Position numbers and translations under genes: made by a program. A DNA stretch of 50,533 bases, counting the filler, from Bipalium vagum (lineage: Eukaryota), in NCBI GenBank assembly GCA_037834085.1. It is 3 parts of 3 records of this genome, joined end to end, with 100 filler letters (N's around TTAATTAATTAA, not from the genome) between each part and the next. Parts side by side here need not be neighbours in the genome. Positions count along the whole stretch, not along the records: positions 34,539 to 50,533 come from JBBMKC010133814.1; 2 more parts are not named here. The stretch is one strand, 5' to 3'. Numbering within the stretch: position 1 is the first letter of the stretch; each line of letters begins with the position of its first letter. Shown in pieces: positions 38,805 through 50,533 of the stretch. The notes below the pieces were generated by a model. That model saw only the letters and a list, made by a program, of their open reading frames with translations. It did not search any database and was not told the DNA's origin.

Positions 38805-41800
38805 TAATATTATTAAAAACAAAAATTTAAATGACACCAAATATGATACATTAATTCATAACACTGTAATAAGATTTTCTGTATATAAATAACTTTCTAT
38901 GACAATATTATAAATTACAACGAAATGGTACAATTGTTATAATTAAAGTATTAGTTGAAAATGAAATTCTAAATCGTTATCATTGCCCTCATGAATGGTT
39001 GCGTTAATAATGAAAGAAAAATAATCAGTTCAAAAATAAAATTTTATTTCCTAATAATGATTAACATAAATATCAAGTGTTCCAACAGCAACAAATATTT
39101 GAAATCGAATAAATCAAATATAACTCGTAACCAATGTCAAACAATAAAATGCAAACACAAAACGAATATAAGTCAATAACAATAAAAATGAATCGGTAGT
39201 TCAAGAATAAATTTTAAATAAATCAAAAAACATAATTAATTCGAAAATTAAATCAATAAAGATAGTTAAAATATGTAATTATATCATTTAGCAATAAAAA
39301 GTGAAATGAGTTCTAAACAATAACATAAGGAATCCTTTCCCGCGCGTCAAAATTCAACCAACCCTTAGACGCATATAAAGACTATCGAACTTTACAGGAT
39401 CGGATGACTGTCTTTTAATAAGTGTATTAAACATGCGTTCTTGAATTAAAATATGCTTCTTCCAATAATTATCAACAATTCAAACATGGCCTTCTTCAAA
39501 ATATTCTCCCTGCAATAATAAAACAGTCGTAAAGGATTTATAGGAAAATTTTCCTGATTAGTCTTCCTTTAAATACAAGATCGCCATGCGCCCACTATCC
39601 AATCAATGGTATTTTAAAAAGTCAAGTGTTTAAATGACGTTTATACACCAATTTTCCAATCAATATAGCATGATTTTGTTTAACAAGCCTCTAGTCGTAT
39701 TTAAACATTTGCAACATATAGATTTTCAGCAACCCAAAGAACTGAAAATTCCATTTATCTAAATCAAAGGTAGAAAATTCTGAATTCTTGAAATTTTAAT
39801 CAAATGTTCCGACGGCAAACGGTCTTCATTGACAGTATCAGAAATTCATTTAAGATTTGAAATTGATCGGTGATAAACTTTGATTAATATTCGTGACCAT
39901 GGCATTAATTACATTTTGCTTATTCAAAATATTTTATTTCTCATCTGTTAAATTTAATTATTGCTTGATAACTATCTTGGTAAATGTCCTAAATTGCCTT
40001 AACGACACTTTGTAGTGTCCTTTCCAAATGGTACAGCTTTCTTACCACAAACAAATGAGTAATAAAATGTTTTTGACTTATTCTAACACACCCAATTCTT
40101 CATTATTCTGAAATAATTTCAGCTTGATATTGGTTTTGTGTATTTTATAGACTTTATCGATTGATTCACATATAACGATTGATTATACAAAAATATATTT
40201 TGATTTATTCACAAATACTATTTTGATTTTATCCTTTAAATATTTTAGCTTCATAAACATGTTTTTATTATTTTTCACTGAAAATATTCCTTTATCAGTT
40301 CTGTATTATCTGAATATTTGTCTTTATAAAACAATTTTTAAAGAAAGTTTTTTTTAATCGATTTAAAAGAAACAAAAAATTGTTGAAAAAAATACTTATT
40401 AAAACAAGTCGTCTAATTTTACTAGTGAAGCGGCAGCGATTTGATCATTAAAGAAACATTCTTCTGACCGTAAAACAGGAAAGAGACAATAGTTAATTAC
40501 TCCTAATTTATGAATTAGTTAAAACAACAGACAATATATACTTAAATATAGTTTTCATTATAATTCATTTCCTTTCATTACTATATTATTATTATTACTA
40601 TTATTATTACTATTAATAATAATAATATTATTATCATATTCCTTTTATATGTTGGGTGTGACAAATGTATTACAGGGCCATCATCAGTCGCATTTGTTGC
40701 TTGCTCAAATCTGTCAAGATCAATTGCAAATAAAAACTAACATCAGTCTTTTGGAAGAGAGAATTATTCAATTGCAAGTAAATACAGTCAGAGAATAATT
40801 TTATTTTATTTTTAGAAAAATAATATCAATTATATTTTTATTTATTTGTCTATTATCAACATAATTCTCCAATAACTTTAACTATTTTTTTTAGTTTTTA
40901 AAAAAAATTTTAAGTTAACTTAAATAATTTTATTTTTTTAATTAATTTTGTTTCAAATTAAATTAATATTAAAATTAAATACATTGGTGTATGTAAATTA
41001 AGTATCGATTTTAAAGCGTAATACTGTAAAATATATTCAATAGAAGACCACAAATTTCTGACGCAGTAACATTTATTTATTAAAATCTACTATTTTTCTA
41101 CCTTCAGATTTGATACACATTTTTAATCAATAATAAAAGTCATTGATAACATTAGGTAACATTTCTGGTGATATTCTAACTGCCTTCGTTTGAATAACAT
41201 CTTTTATGTTTTGAACATCCTTTGGTTTTTTTTCTATATATTTTTGCATTCATATGTCACCAAAAGAAGAAATCAAGCCCAAATTTTTTCGCATGTGTTT
41301 TCATTTTCAATTGATGATTTTTCAGACTACCAAAAATCACAAACACTCACAATGTTTTCTGAATTATTCAAATATCTTCATCATTGCCTTCTCTATAGAT
41401 ATTTTTTACTTTATGGGTGTTCTAAATGTCGTATGATCAATGTGACTGAGTCCATCTTAGCTATCAGTAAAAACAATTCGCATTCTTCCTTCAATGGAGA
41501 ACATTATTAAAATTTGAATTTACCGCAATTAAATTCGATGACATTGATTTATTAAAAGAAATTAAACAATCACATTAAATTTCGGAAATTCTATTTCTCA
41601 AAAATAATTAACCTAAATATATTTAATTAAGACATTATTAAATTGCTGAGCTCCAAAGTCGTTTATTTACTTTATACGCACCCTACATACTTATCATAAT
41701 TTTTTGCAATGTCAAAAAATTATTAATAATTTTTTTGAATTAATAAAATTAAAATGAAACTTTTGATTATGAGATTATTTTTTCTTACAGAATCAAACAA

Positions 41801-42229
41801 ACGAATTTCCCGACCTCATTGCTCAGAGATTGATGAAATTTCGAGACCGATGATAAAATATAATTTTTCATTTGGAAACTTTATGATCCATACAGTAATA
41901 TTCATAAAAAGATTATCGAAATTCACTGGATTAATAAAAAAATTTTCTTTATAAAATTAATAAAAAAGATTATCATGATGAAAAAAAATAATAGTAATAA
42001 TAATAATAATAAAAAAAAATAAAAAAAAAATAATAATAATAATAGAAATAATAATAAAATTGATCTCTATGATTTCTTATAAGAAAGTACAGAATTTAAA
42101 GCTCATTAAAAGATTACTTCGTTTCTTGCAATGGAGAATATAAACAAATTTTCTTAAATTAATTCCCTCTCTACCTGCATTCTTTAATCAGGAAATAATA
42201 AAGAAAACCATTTGTGAATTGAATGATTA

Positions 42230-43050
42230 TTGAACAATTACCCTAAGTACTTAGTTAAACTTTTTCTCCCAGAGCTGCTTAAGTATAACAAAGCAACAGG
42301 TGTCCTGATTGTACGAACTTGGTGTGGGTGAAGATGGATTGTTTAATAATAATTATTATAAAGTGGTAGACTGAAATTGTATTTTTAAAAGTTTTTGATT
42401 TCTTTCACTCTCAAAAGCGGCTGGAACGATTCGTTTGTAAATGAATTATGCGAATGGAATTATACATTAAAGGTCTCACAAAAATTCCTGCTGTCCACAT
42501 ACTCAAGCTTCCATTCAATATATGGATTGTGTTATTATATCTGCTATGTTTTAGTGGATATATGTCTCATGCACAGTAAACGGAACATAAATTCCATTAT
42601 ATTATGATTAAATCGATCGAGACATGATGGAGTAAATTGTCTGCAAATAGGTTTTTTATCAATTATCACCAGATAATTATCATCCATCTTGTAAAATTAT
42701 TTCATCCTAAAATGTTCAATAAAAAAAAACCAAACTCGTTCAACTGAAATGCATGTGGCAGAACCAATCATCCAACAGCATAACATAGATTTCGTAAATT
42801 ATTTGCGGTATTGTCGCAGATTTTTGGCGTACACTGCGTATATGATCACGTCGTAATGGAAATGAACATAAATCTGTAAACTGTTGGGAAAAAGCATAAC
42901 CTGTTTTTAATACTTTGACTTTCTTTGTAAAAAATTTCTGTCGTGAAGTATCCTTCCACGAAAAAAATGTTATGATCCCTCGATATTCAGTTTTGCCAAT
43001 TTTAGAGTTTGCGCTGTCAAGTCAAATTAAAATAAGTAATTTAAACAAAT
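42230..43050 (-). mobile_element. Highly degenerate mariner
   Basis: N-terminus KTEYRGIITFFFVEG and KSATIPQIIYEIYVMLLDD resemble irritans-type mariner N-termini. Confidence 0.55.
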
Positions 43051-43359
43051 TACATTTACATAAGGAAATGATAAAATAAATATTTGAATATTAAAAATGA
43101 AACATTATAAATCCATTGGCTTATATAGTCCTGCTTTATTGTTAAATTTACCCTTTCGCTTTCTAAACTTTTCAAACATTCTCCGTATTTAAATTTTTTT
43201 AAAAATTATTAAATTAAAATTGATAGTGAATAAGTGAAATTATTTCTTTTAATCAATTAATTTTTATTTAATAATAATTTCATGAAAAATTTCAAGCAGA
43301 ACAGGAGATTAAGTTTCAAAATAAAAAGTTTCTGGCAATAAAAAATATTTTTACATTAT

Positions 43360-43590
43360 AATGTTTAAAGGGAATTTTCCACCACACCCAACTTTTTCCG
43401 CTTTGCAATAGGTTTAGCCATCTGTCCATGATCCAACCATTGATTTTCCATATCAGGGTTGTCGAAATAAATCCACTTTTCATCACAAGTAACAATGATT
43501 TTGATTCAGCGTTAATCTACTATATTCTAGAGAAGTTAACGACAAACTTTAATTAGGCGCTTAGTTTGTGCATCTGTTAATTTGTCGAGT
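43360..43590 (-). mobile_element. Mariner fragment
   Basis: IVTCDEKWI and WLDHGQMAKPIAK on the minus strand. Confidence 0.75.
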
Positions 43591-43701
43591 TTTTCACGAC
43601 TATGTTTACTGACTTTCTGAAACGAAAGAGGCGACGAGGATTTTTTAGTTTTCTAGTTGTTTCATTTTTTGAAGTCTTGTTTCCAATAATGGCGTAAACT
43701 T

Positions 43702-43810
43702 GCCGGAATTTCAGCGGTTAGAGAGGTCCCTGCGCATGTGAAGGTCCTGGGTTCTAATCCCGGTATCTTAGAATAATTTTCAACTAACACAAATCAATGA
43801 TCTTACTCTA
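43702..43810 (+). repeat. tRNA-Ala-like pseudogene/SINE head with tail shared with 33800-33863
   Basis: A-box-like TCAGCGGTTAGAG; GCATGTGAAGGTCCTGGGTTCTAATCCCGGTATCT resembles the eukaryotic tRNA-Ala 3' half (..GCATG...AGGTCCCGGGTTCGATCCCCGGCATCTCC). Acceptor stem does not pair, so it is not a functional tRNA. Confidence 0.7.
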
Positions 43811-43956
43811 AATAGCCTTTAGAAAACACAAATACTTATGAGACCCCTCAACATATACAAATATATAAATGAACCACAGAAGAAAAAAAAATATATTTTA
43901 TAAATTGGAAATATTATTTATTATTTAACTATAAAATTAATATAAATACTTAATAT

Positions 43957-44426
43957 TGTAACAGAAATATTACTTTAAAAATTCTCTGGAAATTTTCCAA
44001 ACTAGTACCAGAATCTATTATTCAGTACTCAGAGCCTTGAATTAAGTGATTTACAAGTTAGGGTAGTACTACTACCTGTCACCGACTCTACACAATGACT
44101 CAAAGTTTGAACAAGTAATGTTGCAGTTTAAATAATGTATACGCAAAGTACGCAAAGTAACGTTTATTGAATGAAAAAATTAAAAGACTTCCAAACTCTT
44201 TTGTGATTAGTTTTTATAAAAAGCAAGAGATCTTAACGACTAATGGTAGTTTAGTTTGTTGAGACTCGGAACTTTTTATAAGATAGATTTTTATTTGATC
44301 CTCAAGCAGACAATAATAGGATCCCTTGAGTACTTATTTTATTTATTTTAATAGCTCCTGCTAAATTATAAAATTTAAGAAGACTTGTAATAAAGAAATT
44401 TTGAATTAAGTTTAAATAGGGCCACA
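43957..44426 (-). mobile_element. Possible solo LTR
   Basis: TG...CA ends; minus-strand TATAAAAAG (about 44280) followed by AATAAA (about 44165); no TSD. Confidence 0.25.
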
Positions 44427-45269
44427 AACAAGTTGAAATGATAATCTCAATGTTTCACGTTCTCCCTTAATTAATTTTGATTCAGACTTTATCACTGCTT
44501 CTCTGTTCTGCTCTCAGCATTTTGAACTGATTTATGACTTACCCCAGCTGATTACAGCCCATAGATTTGAGTGAATATGACAAACGGTGAAGCTTCAAAG
44601 ATTGTCGTTCATCGGGTACAGTAATTTTAAAATCGGAGATTGATCAAAAGAAAAAAATCCGCATTAGGCGAAATATTAATGTCGAAAACCCAATTAACAT
44701 AATGATTGAAGGCGTTGGGTTTTATTTAATAAATAAGTTAATAAAATACCATTAGAGCCAATGCAAAGTTTTAGGGTTTTTACACAGATTTGTAAAAAAA
44801 CGAACCAGATAAAACGTCGGAGACCACGAATCATAAGCAAGAATAAAAACTGAAGCAATTGAATAAATGTTTTTCTTTCTCATATAAGAAACAAGGAACA
44901 ATAAGTTTAGTCCGTAAGGCAGGCTAGGTGCTTGAGGTTGGCATTTTGTTCAGTTGGTCATAGAGGGTTGCTACCATTTTGTACAGTAATTATTATTTAC
45001 TGTTTTCCCATTATCAAACATCTGAACAATTTTTACTCTGTTGATTTGAAGCACACAATTCACTTCTGACTCAAACTGCACATCATTTTCCATAACCATT
45101 GATCCACATGATGTGCCTTAAGTAAGTAGAAGGTTTTAAAATGTTTTGCAGCCAATTATATTTTATATGAAAATACGATTTCTGAAATGTTATGGAAGCG
45201 TTTCTTTGTTTTAATAATTTAATGTAATAACATTTTAATACAAAAATTTGACAAATTTTCTCATAGTTA

Positions 45270-45640
45270 CGAAGAGCGTCCTATGACATCTGTACGAAAT
45301 GTTACTTAAGAAATTCAATGCAGCTTTAATACAGTACATAATTTGTTGGAAAACAAAATTAAAATTATTCTTTTCAACAGGTGAGAGTTCCTGTTCATTA
45401 CTCTCTTTAAGTTAGAAATTTAAAAAAAAACCCATTTCACCGAAGGTAAAATCCATCTTTTCCAATGGATTTCTTTCTTTGAGAATATCTATACATAAAG
45501 TTTATGTATGATAATCGAATAAGCTAAAAGATCTTACAGATGCAATCGAATAAGAAACAGCTAAAATATAAACAAAAATTTGTAAGTATGACGGTGCTTC
45601 TGCTTATCGTTGGTTACAACATTGTATTAGTGGTAATGGC
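45270..45640 (+). mobile_element. Possible hAT transposase remnant
   Basis: CKYDGASAY resembles the hAT-family (Q)CYDGAS motif; otherwise decayed. Confidence 0.3.
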
Positions 45641-45949
45641 TGTCCTATTGAAAATCATTAATTTTTAATAAATTTATTTTATTGTGTTAAAAATTTGACT
45701 GTTACCTTGGGTATTTCACACTTACTTCGTACACACCATATATTACCTTTTCGTGTCTAACTCTTATTTGATTGCTAAATCTATGACAAGTCTGAGGTTC
45801 ATCAGCAGGTCTAATTCGTTATATTTTATAAGAGTTACGTGTTACGTAATTGTGTTTTGTTTGAATAGATACTTCTTATAACTCTGACGTCTTTTCAATT
45901 TGTATTAAAATTGTCGACCACACTGAAATTGTACCAGAAGCATGAAAAA

Positions 45950-47395
45950 AATTTAATCAAGGATGTTTTACCAAAAATAAATAGATAATAAATTTCAAAT
46001 AAGACGATATAACAGTAGAAGTTCTACTGAAGTCGAAAGATGGTTGAAAGATATTTAGAAATGACTCAGTATAAATGATTTTTGCTTGGTCGGGGTATTT
46101 AATCTGCTATTATCGAAGGAAGCTTCAATCTTATGGAAGAATTTCAAGACAGTATTAACTACAAAATAAGAAAAAACAAATTCGTGGTTTGCTGATACGT
46201 TTATGGAGAGTAACCAATAACCTATTTAATTTGCGAATTGTCAGAAGTCAGAAAAAAACTGGGATGAACGATTTGCAATTTTTGAGATTCGAATCTAATG
46301 AACGATATCTTTAATTCTGATTTGTTCCAAGAAGAGATCATTACCGAATGATCTAACAAAAAGAAATAGTAGTGCTGGACTTCGAGATGCTTGTTTCAAA
46401 ATCGAACGCCAAAGTCGAAGACATCTGAGCTACAACCAAACTATATAAAACACAGGAATCAAGAATGGATCAGAAGAAGGAAATTTAGGTCCATATCGTA
46501 AGCTAAAGAACCTATGCAGAAAAAGTACAAAGAAATTTTCCCAAAGAAATTCAGGCGTTTACGTACAATCGAGTTGATCAAAGGACAAATTTAATATCAT
46601 TTCCTATAGTAAAAGAACCACGGAAATTCAAGACAGCAATGGGAATCTTCACAATTCTCTACCAACCATATAGCCAGACGATTTTACAACAGATATAAAG
46701 ATATCCCAGCATCGCGAGATGAATATCTGTGGCCGAAACAATGTTTTTGTTGCAATGGTGACAATCATGTGCACAATCATTGTCCACTGAAAAACAAATG
46801 TCATATTTGCGAAAAAGATGAGCACCTTTTCCGTACATGCCGCTTTTAAATTCAAATTCGAAAATTCCAATAAGATCCGTGATGTTCATTCATTATGCAG
46901 TAGAAGATGATTCACGAAACCAAGACATTCTTATGAATCAGATGAAGAAAAAACCAGGCCTACCACATTGCTCAAATTTTGTCTGTAAGGTTGAACCATG
47001 GGAGTTGAACCATAATATGGGAAAAATTACGATATGGGAAAATATTCATGACCTGTTCATTTCATATTGGTATCACCAGATTGGTTAAACATGACATAAT
47101 CATCACCGGCACACTTATTGCACAGGCACAAGAAATGCATCTTGAGCCTAAAGATGATGACATGATTATGCAACTTTTAGATGCCGCTGTCATTTCCAAA
47201 TGCAAAAGTGCATGGAACTCGGTGGTTGTCGGAAAGAAGGATTGGTCTATTCGAATTTGTGTGGATTTCATACATGTAAAGGATATAACAGAAAATACAT
47301 GTTCCCGATGCCAGACATACAAATGCTACTGGATTGGGTGGCTGATTCAAAATATTTTTCGTCAATAGATCTGGGCCAAGCCTATTACCAGGTGG
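45950..47395 (+). mobile_element. Ty3/Gypsy LTR retrotransposon internal remnant (decayed gag-like region plus RT N-terminus)
   Basis: 47060-47395: LVKHDI...QLLDAAVISKCKSAWNSVVVGKKDWSIRICVDF / YMFPMPDIQMLLDWVADSKYFSSIDLGQAYYQV, the classic Gypsy RT blocks, frameshifted. The upstream boundary is approximate. Confidence 0.85.
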
Positions 47396-48038
47396 ATTTT
47401 TTTATGCGGAAAGATTTATTAATTATTGAAAAACTTGGAGACATTTTCAGTGAGATGTGTCAATTGATTGATCTTCTTCAATTTTTGTACTTATTAAATT
47501 TCAGAATAAATCTTAATTTTATAATTTATAAATTAATATTATTAAATATTATATTAAATAAATGAAAGTACTTCACCTCTGATTTCTTCAAGAGAAATAA
47601 ATTTTAATTTAGAAGAAAATAATTTTGGTAATATTTAAATAATAATAATTATTATATTTTATGTTATATTGGAAAAAAAGGAAATCTCGAACTCATTCAT
47701 TAAATTTTAGGTTCATTTAAACTTACTGAACTGAACATAATTATATAAAATGGCATGAGCAAATAAAATGAAATTTATTCGTATTTTAAAATATTTAAGA
47801 CTGTTTATTCCGCTTCTCAATTTTTAAAATTTAATAATAATATTTTTTTAAAATAAATATTTTTCAATATCACTTAGATCACCTTAGATCTATTCACAAG
47901 AAAGATACATCATAATATGAAACTGTGGTTCGGAAAAAAAACGAGACAATCAGGAAGCAAACTTACTCAGTGACTTTCAGGGACCGTAAAAAAGACGATA
48001 TGTAAATGTAAAGGAATTTTTTCGCTACTTGTCTAATG

Positions 48039-48577
48039 TCTACCCACAAAGATAGCGTCATGACGTAATCTCAATAATATATAGACACACCAATTAAAAA
48101 AAAATTATCTACCCACAAATATTATTTTAAAAATATTCATTTGTTTTAATTAATTTTTACGCAGGCAGTATAATTATTTCAAATAACTGGAGAGCATACA
48201 ATGATTTAGAGTCTTTTGGATATCCTCATCTAAAAGTAAATCATAGATATAACTTTGTAAATACACTAACAGGAGCGCATACCCAAACTGTTGAGCATAT
48301 ATGGCGGAGCTTTACATTCCTAAATAAGGTACAAAGTGGAACTACTAGAAGTTTTTAGACTCATACTTGGCTGAATACATGTGGAGAACTTGTCTAGACG
48401 GTCAGGATACGTTTGAAACAATCTTACAGGATATTGCCGATTTTAGTATTAAGTAAATTCGTGGGTATATATTTTTTCTAGTTGTGTCTGCGATTAGGAT
48501 ATGACGTAATCGATTTTTTAGTATTAAAATTACTATTAAAAGTTTACTTAATTACATAATACTCTTTTGTGGGTAGA
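48039..48577 (+). mobile_element. Merlin (IS1595/ISXO2-like) deletion derivative with inverted termini
   Basis: GSIIISNNWRAYNDLESFGYPHLKVNHRYNFVNTLTGAHTQTVEHIWR...LDSYLAEYMWR (48164-48390) is the typical DDE_Tnp_IS1595 C-terminal half; TCTACCCACAAA at 48039 and 48108, inverted copy at 48566-48577. Confidence 0.88.
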
Positions 48578-49249
48578 ATTAATTAATGGTTTAAAAATTA
48601 TAATAATGAATATTTAAACAACTTATATTATTTAAAAATATTTGTCACATATATTTTGGTCTTTACATATGCAATAATCATGGTGTTTTTTGTTTAATTT
48701 TATGTTTCAAGGTTCCAAGCTCAACGACATAATAATGATAAAAGATAGCTAATATCTTGTGAAGATAATAATAATTATTATTTAAAATAAAATAAATAAT
48801 TACTAAAAATAATAATAAATTATAAACATACGAAAATAGTAACTTTAGTTAAGAATAACCAAATCTTTGATTATTGTGAAATTTCGATTATTATAATTTT
48901 TATTTTTACTTTTATGGTAAGGTGCTGTTGTGTTAATTTCTGATTTATATCGATTTTTCTTATATGACTTTTAAGGAAGTTTACTAACAACTGCTACAGC
49001 AGAAAATTTAGACAAACTGCTTTTATAAGATATATTTTTATATATTATGATATCATACAACAAAGTTTAAAATAGATGTAATAAAAATGACAATTTATTA
49101 ATTGAAGAAAATAGGAGGAGTGATGGCATCCTTTAAGAAAAACTAACACAAATCTTTTATACTTAAAATAATAAATGACAAATGAAATTCAAGCAACTGC
49201 TAAACGATAAAAAATGGATTGATTGAGACAATTTTTAAGTGTTATATTG

Positions 49250-50220
49250 AAATAATCCATTAAAAAAGCATGGTAATATTTTTCCTTACATTATTTTTTA
49301 CAGGTCCTGCTTTCTTGACTTTTCACGCAAACTTTATTTTAATTTCTTCGTGGTCAATCTACATATCAGGTAACGAACTAAGTGTTTTCCATTTTCAGTT
49401 GTTTAAATTTGTTAGGCCCTGGAATTCTCATTTATCTGCCGATTTAAATTTTCTTTGTTTTAGTTTGCTGCGTAAACATGTGAGTATGTACAGGAAAAAG
49501 GTCATGATGGAAAATTGGTTCCACCAAATGATCTATAAAGGTAACATATTTGAATTAAGGATGGCTTTGTATTTTGCAGACTTCATGAAGTTACTACATT
49601 TTATCAAAGACCCAAGGTTATTTGAGGTACTACAACTCCAGAATATAACTGACCCACACGAATGTTTAATAATTGGCAACTGGCACTCAACTATACATTT
49701 CTCATTATCTCTCTTCCACACCAAAATTCTTCTATCGCTTTAAAATAAAGTGAAGCGTGACTCATCAGTCCAAATCACTCTGTGTCATTGTTCTAATGTC
49801 TAGTTTTGCCTCTCCTTACACTATTTAAGACATCGCTTTCTATTCTTTTCAGTTATGAAGTGCTTCATAACACCTGCTCGAGCATGAAATTCAAGTTTTA
49901 AAAGATTTTGTTGTATAGTCCTGATACTAGCAGGTTGTTGTAATCTATTGTGATCTGTCGTGGTGACGTTTGTTGATTTCTTTTGACAATCCTTACCAAT
50001 TGTCGTTGATCTATTTCTTTCAACAATTGTGGCCTTACACTTCTTGAACTCGACTAAATAGTACCATCTCGATTGTGCTTCACTAGAAAAGACTGAATAG
50101 TTGAGCTTGGATGGCCAGTAATCCTTGATATCTCTCTGGTAGATTTTCCGCACAGGTGACATCCAAAAATCTTTCCTCGTTCAAGTAAATCTAACTCTAC
50201 ACATATTGATTGATAATTTA
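49250..50220 (-). mobile_element. Degenerate Tc1-like transposase
   Basis: ERGKIFGCHLCGKSTREISRITGHPSSTI (HTH), VIWTDESRF, KHSCGSVIFWSC and FHHD; many stops and frameshifts. Confidence 0.88.
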
Positions 50221-50332
50221 AAATCTCTAAAAATAGAAATAAATAAATCTTCAAAGAAGAATAAAAAGTAGACAAGCAAAAATCATATTTTAATTTAAAT
50301 TAGACTAAATTAAATTTTCTAAATATTTACTA

Positions 50333-50533
50333 CAGGGTGCGCCACTTGAATCGGGAAAATTATCAGTAAAACAAAAGCCGAATATATTTTAGTAATGATC
50401 AAGTAAATTATAAAACTTATTTATAGATTTCAAAATTTACAGGTTTATCTTCAATATCACTCAATCCATTCTCCTTTAGCTTCGATGACGGCCTCCAAAC
50501 GGGATCGGAACCGACTACAGGCATTAATTACAT
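50333..50533 (-). mobile_element. 3' end and TIR of a Tc1/mariner-superfamily (maT/DD37D-like) element, continuing beyond the window
   Basis: TA|CAGGGTGCGCCAC terminus; minus strand VINACSRFRSRLEAVIEAKGEWIE*. Confidence 0.8.

Noticed and set aside
39320-40100. Possible pogo/DDE_1 remnant on the minus strand
   Set aside because: Only faint motif similarity (DWIVGAW, GIFSS); not enough to call.
43702-43770. Functional tRNA gene
   Set aside because: Acceptor and anticodon stems do not pair, the D-arm is shortened and the B-box is mutated (GTTCTAAT); treated as a pseudogene/SINE.
49270-49743. 157-aa + strand ORF
   Set aside because: Antisense shadow of the minus-strand Tc1 transposase remnant.
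1-50533. CRISPR arrays, operons, rRNA or other prokaryotic systems
   Set aside because: The sequence is intron-containing eukaryotic DNA; I saw no regularly spaced repeat-spacer array or rRNA-like segment.

Overview
Very AT-rich eukaryotic (metazoan) genomic DNA. Short GT-AG introns, (ATT)n microsatellites and the transposon mix look planarian/flatworm-like, but the organism is my inference. Two host genes lie tail to tail. On +, two 3' exons (15775-15937, 15986-16539) encode a low-complexity cytoplasmic-type tail with a DSGKGAS motif, possibly a protocadherin. On -, a complete 4-exon, 385-aa PEA3-subfamily (ETV1/4/5-like) ETS factor runs 23567->20654. The rest is mostly decayed transposons: more than a dozen Tc1/mariner/IS630 remnants, pogo-type MITEs, two Merlin (IS1595/ISXO2-like) fragments, a Ty3/Gypsy RT remnant, candidate solo LTRs and two non-LTR retrotransposon pieces. 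Two 100-bp scaffold gaps carry an artificial TTAATTAATTAA linker. The most notable observation is that the 3' end of an REL-endonuclease (NeSL/R5/Utopia-type) retrotransposon joins directly to the T-arm (GTTCGAATCCC) of a tRNA-Ala-like repeat. An uninterrupted copy of that repeat lies about 10 kb away, which suggests a tRNA/SINE-targeting site-specific element. All translations and alignments were done by eye; no database searches were run.
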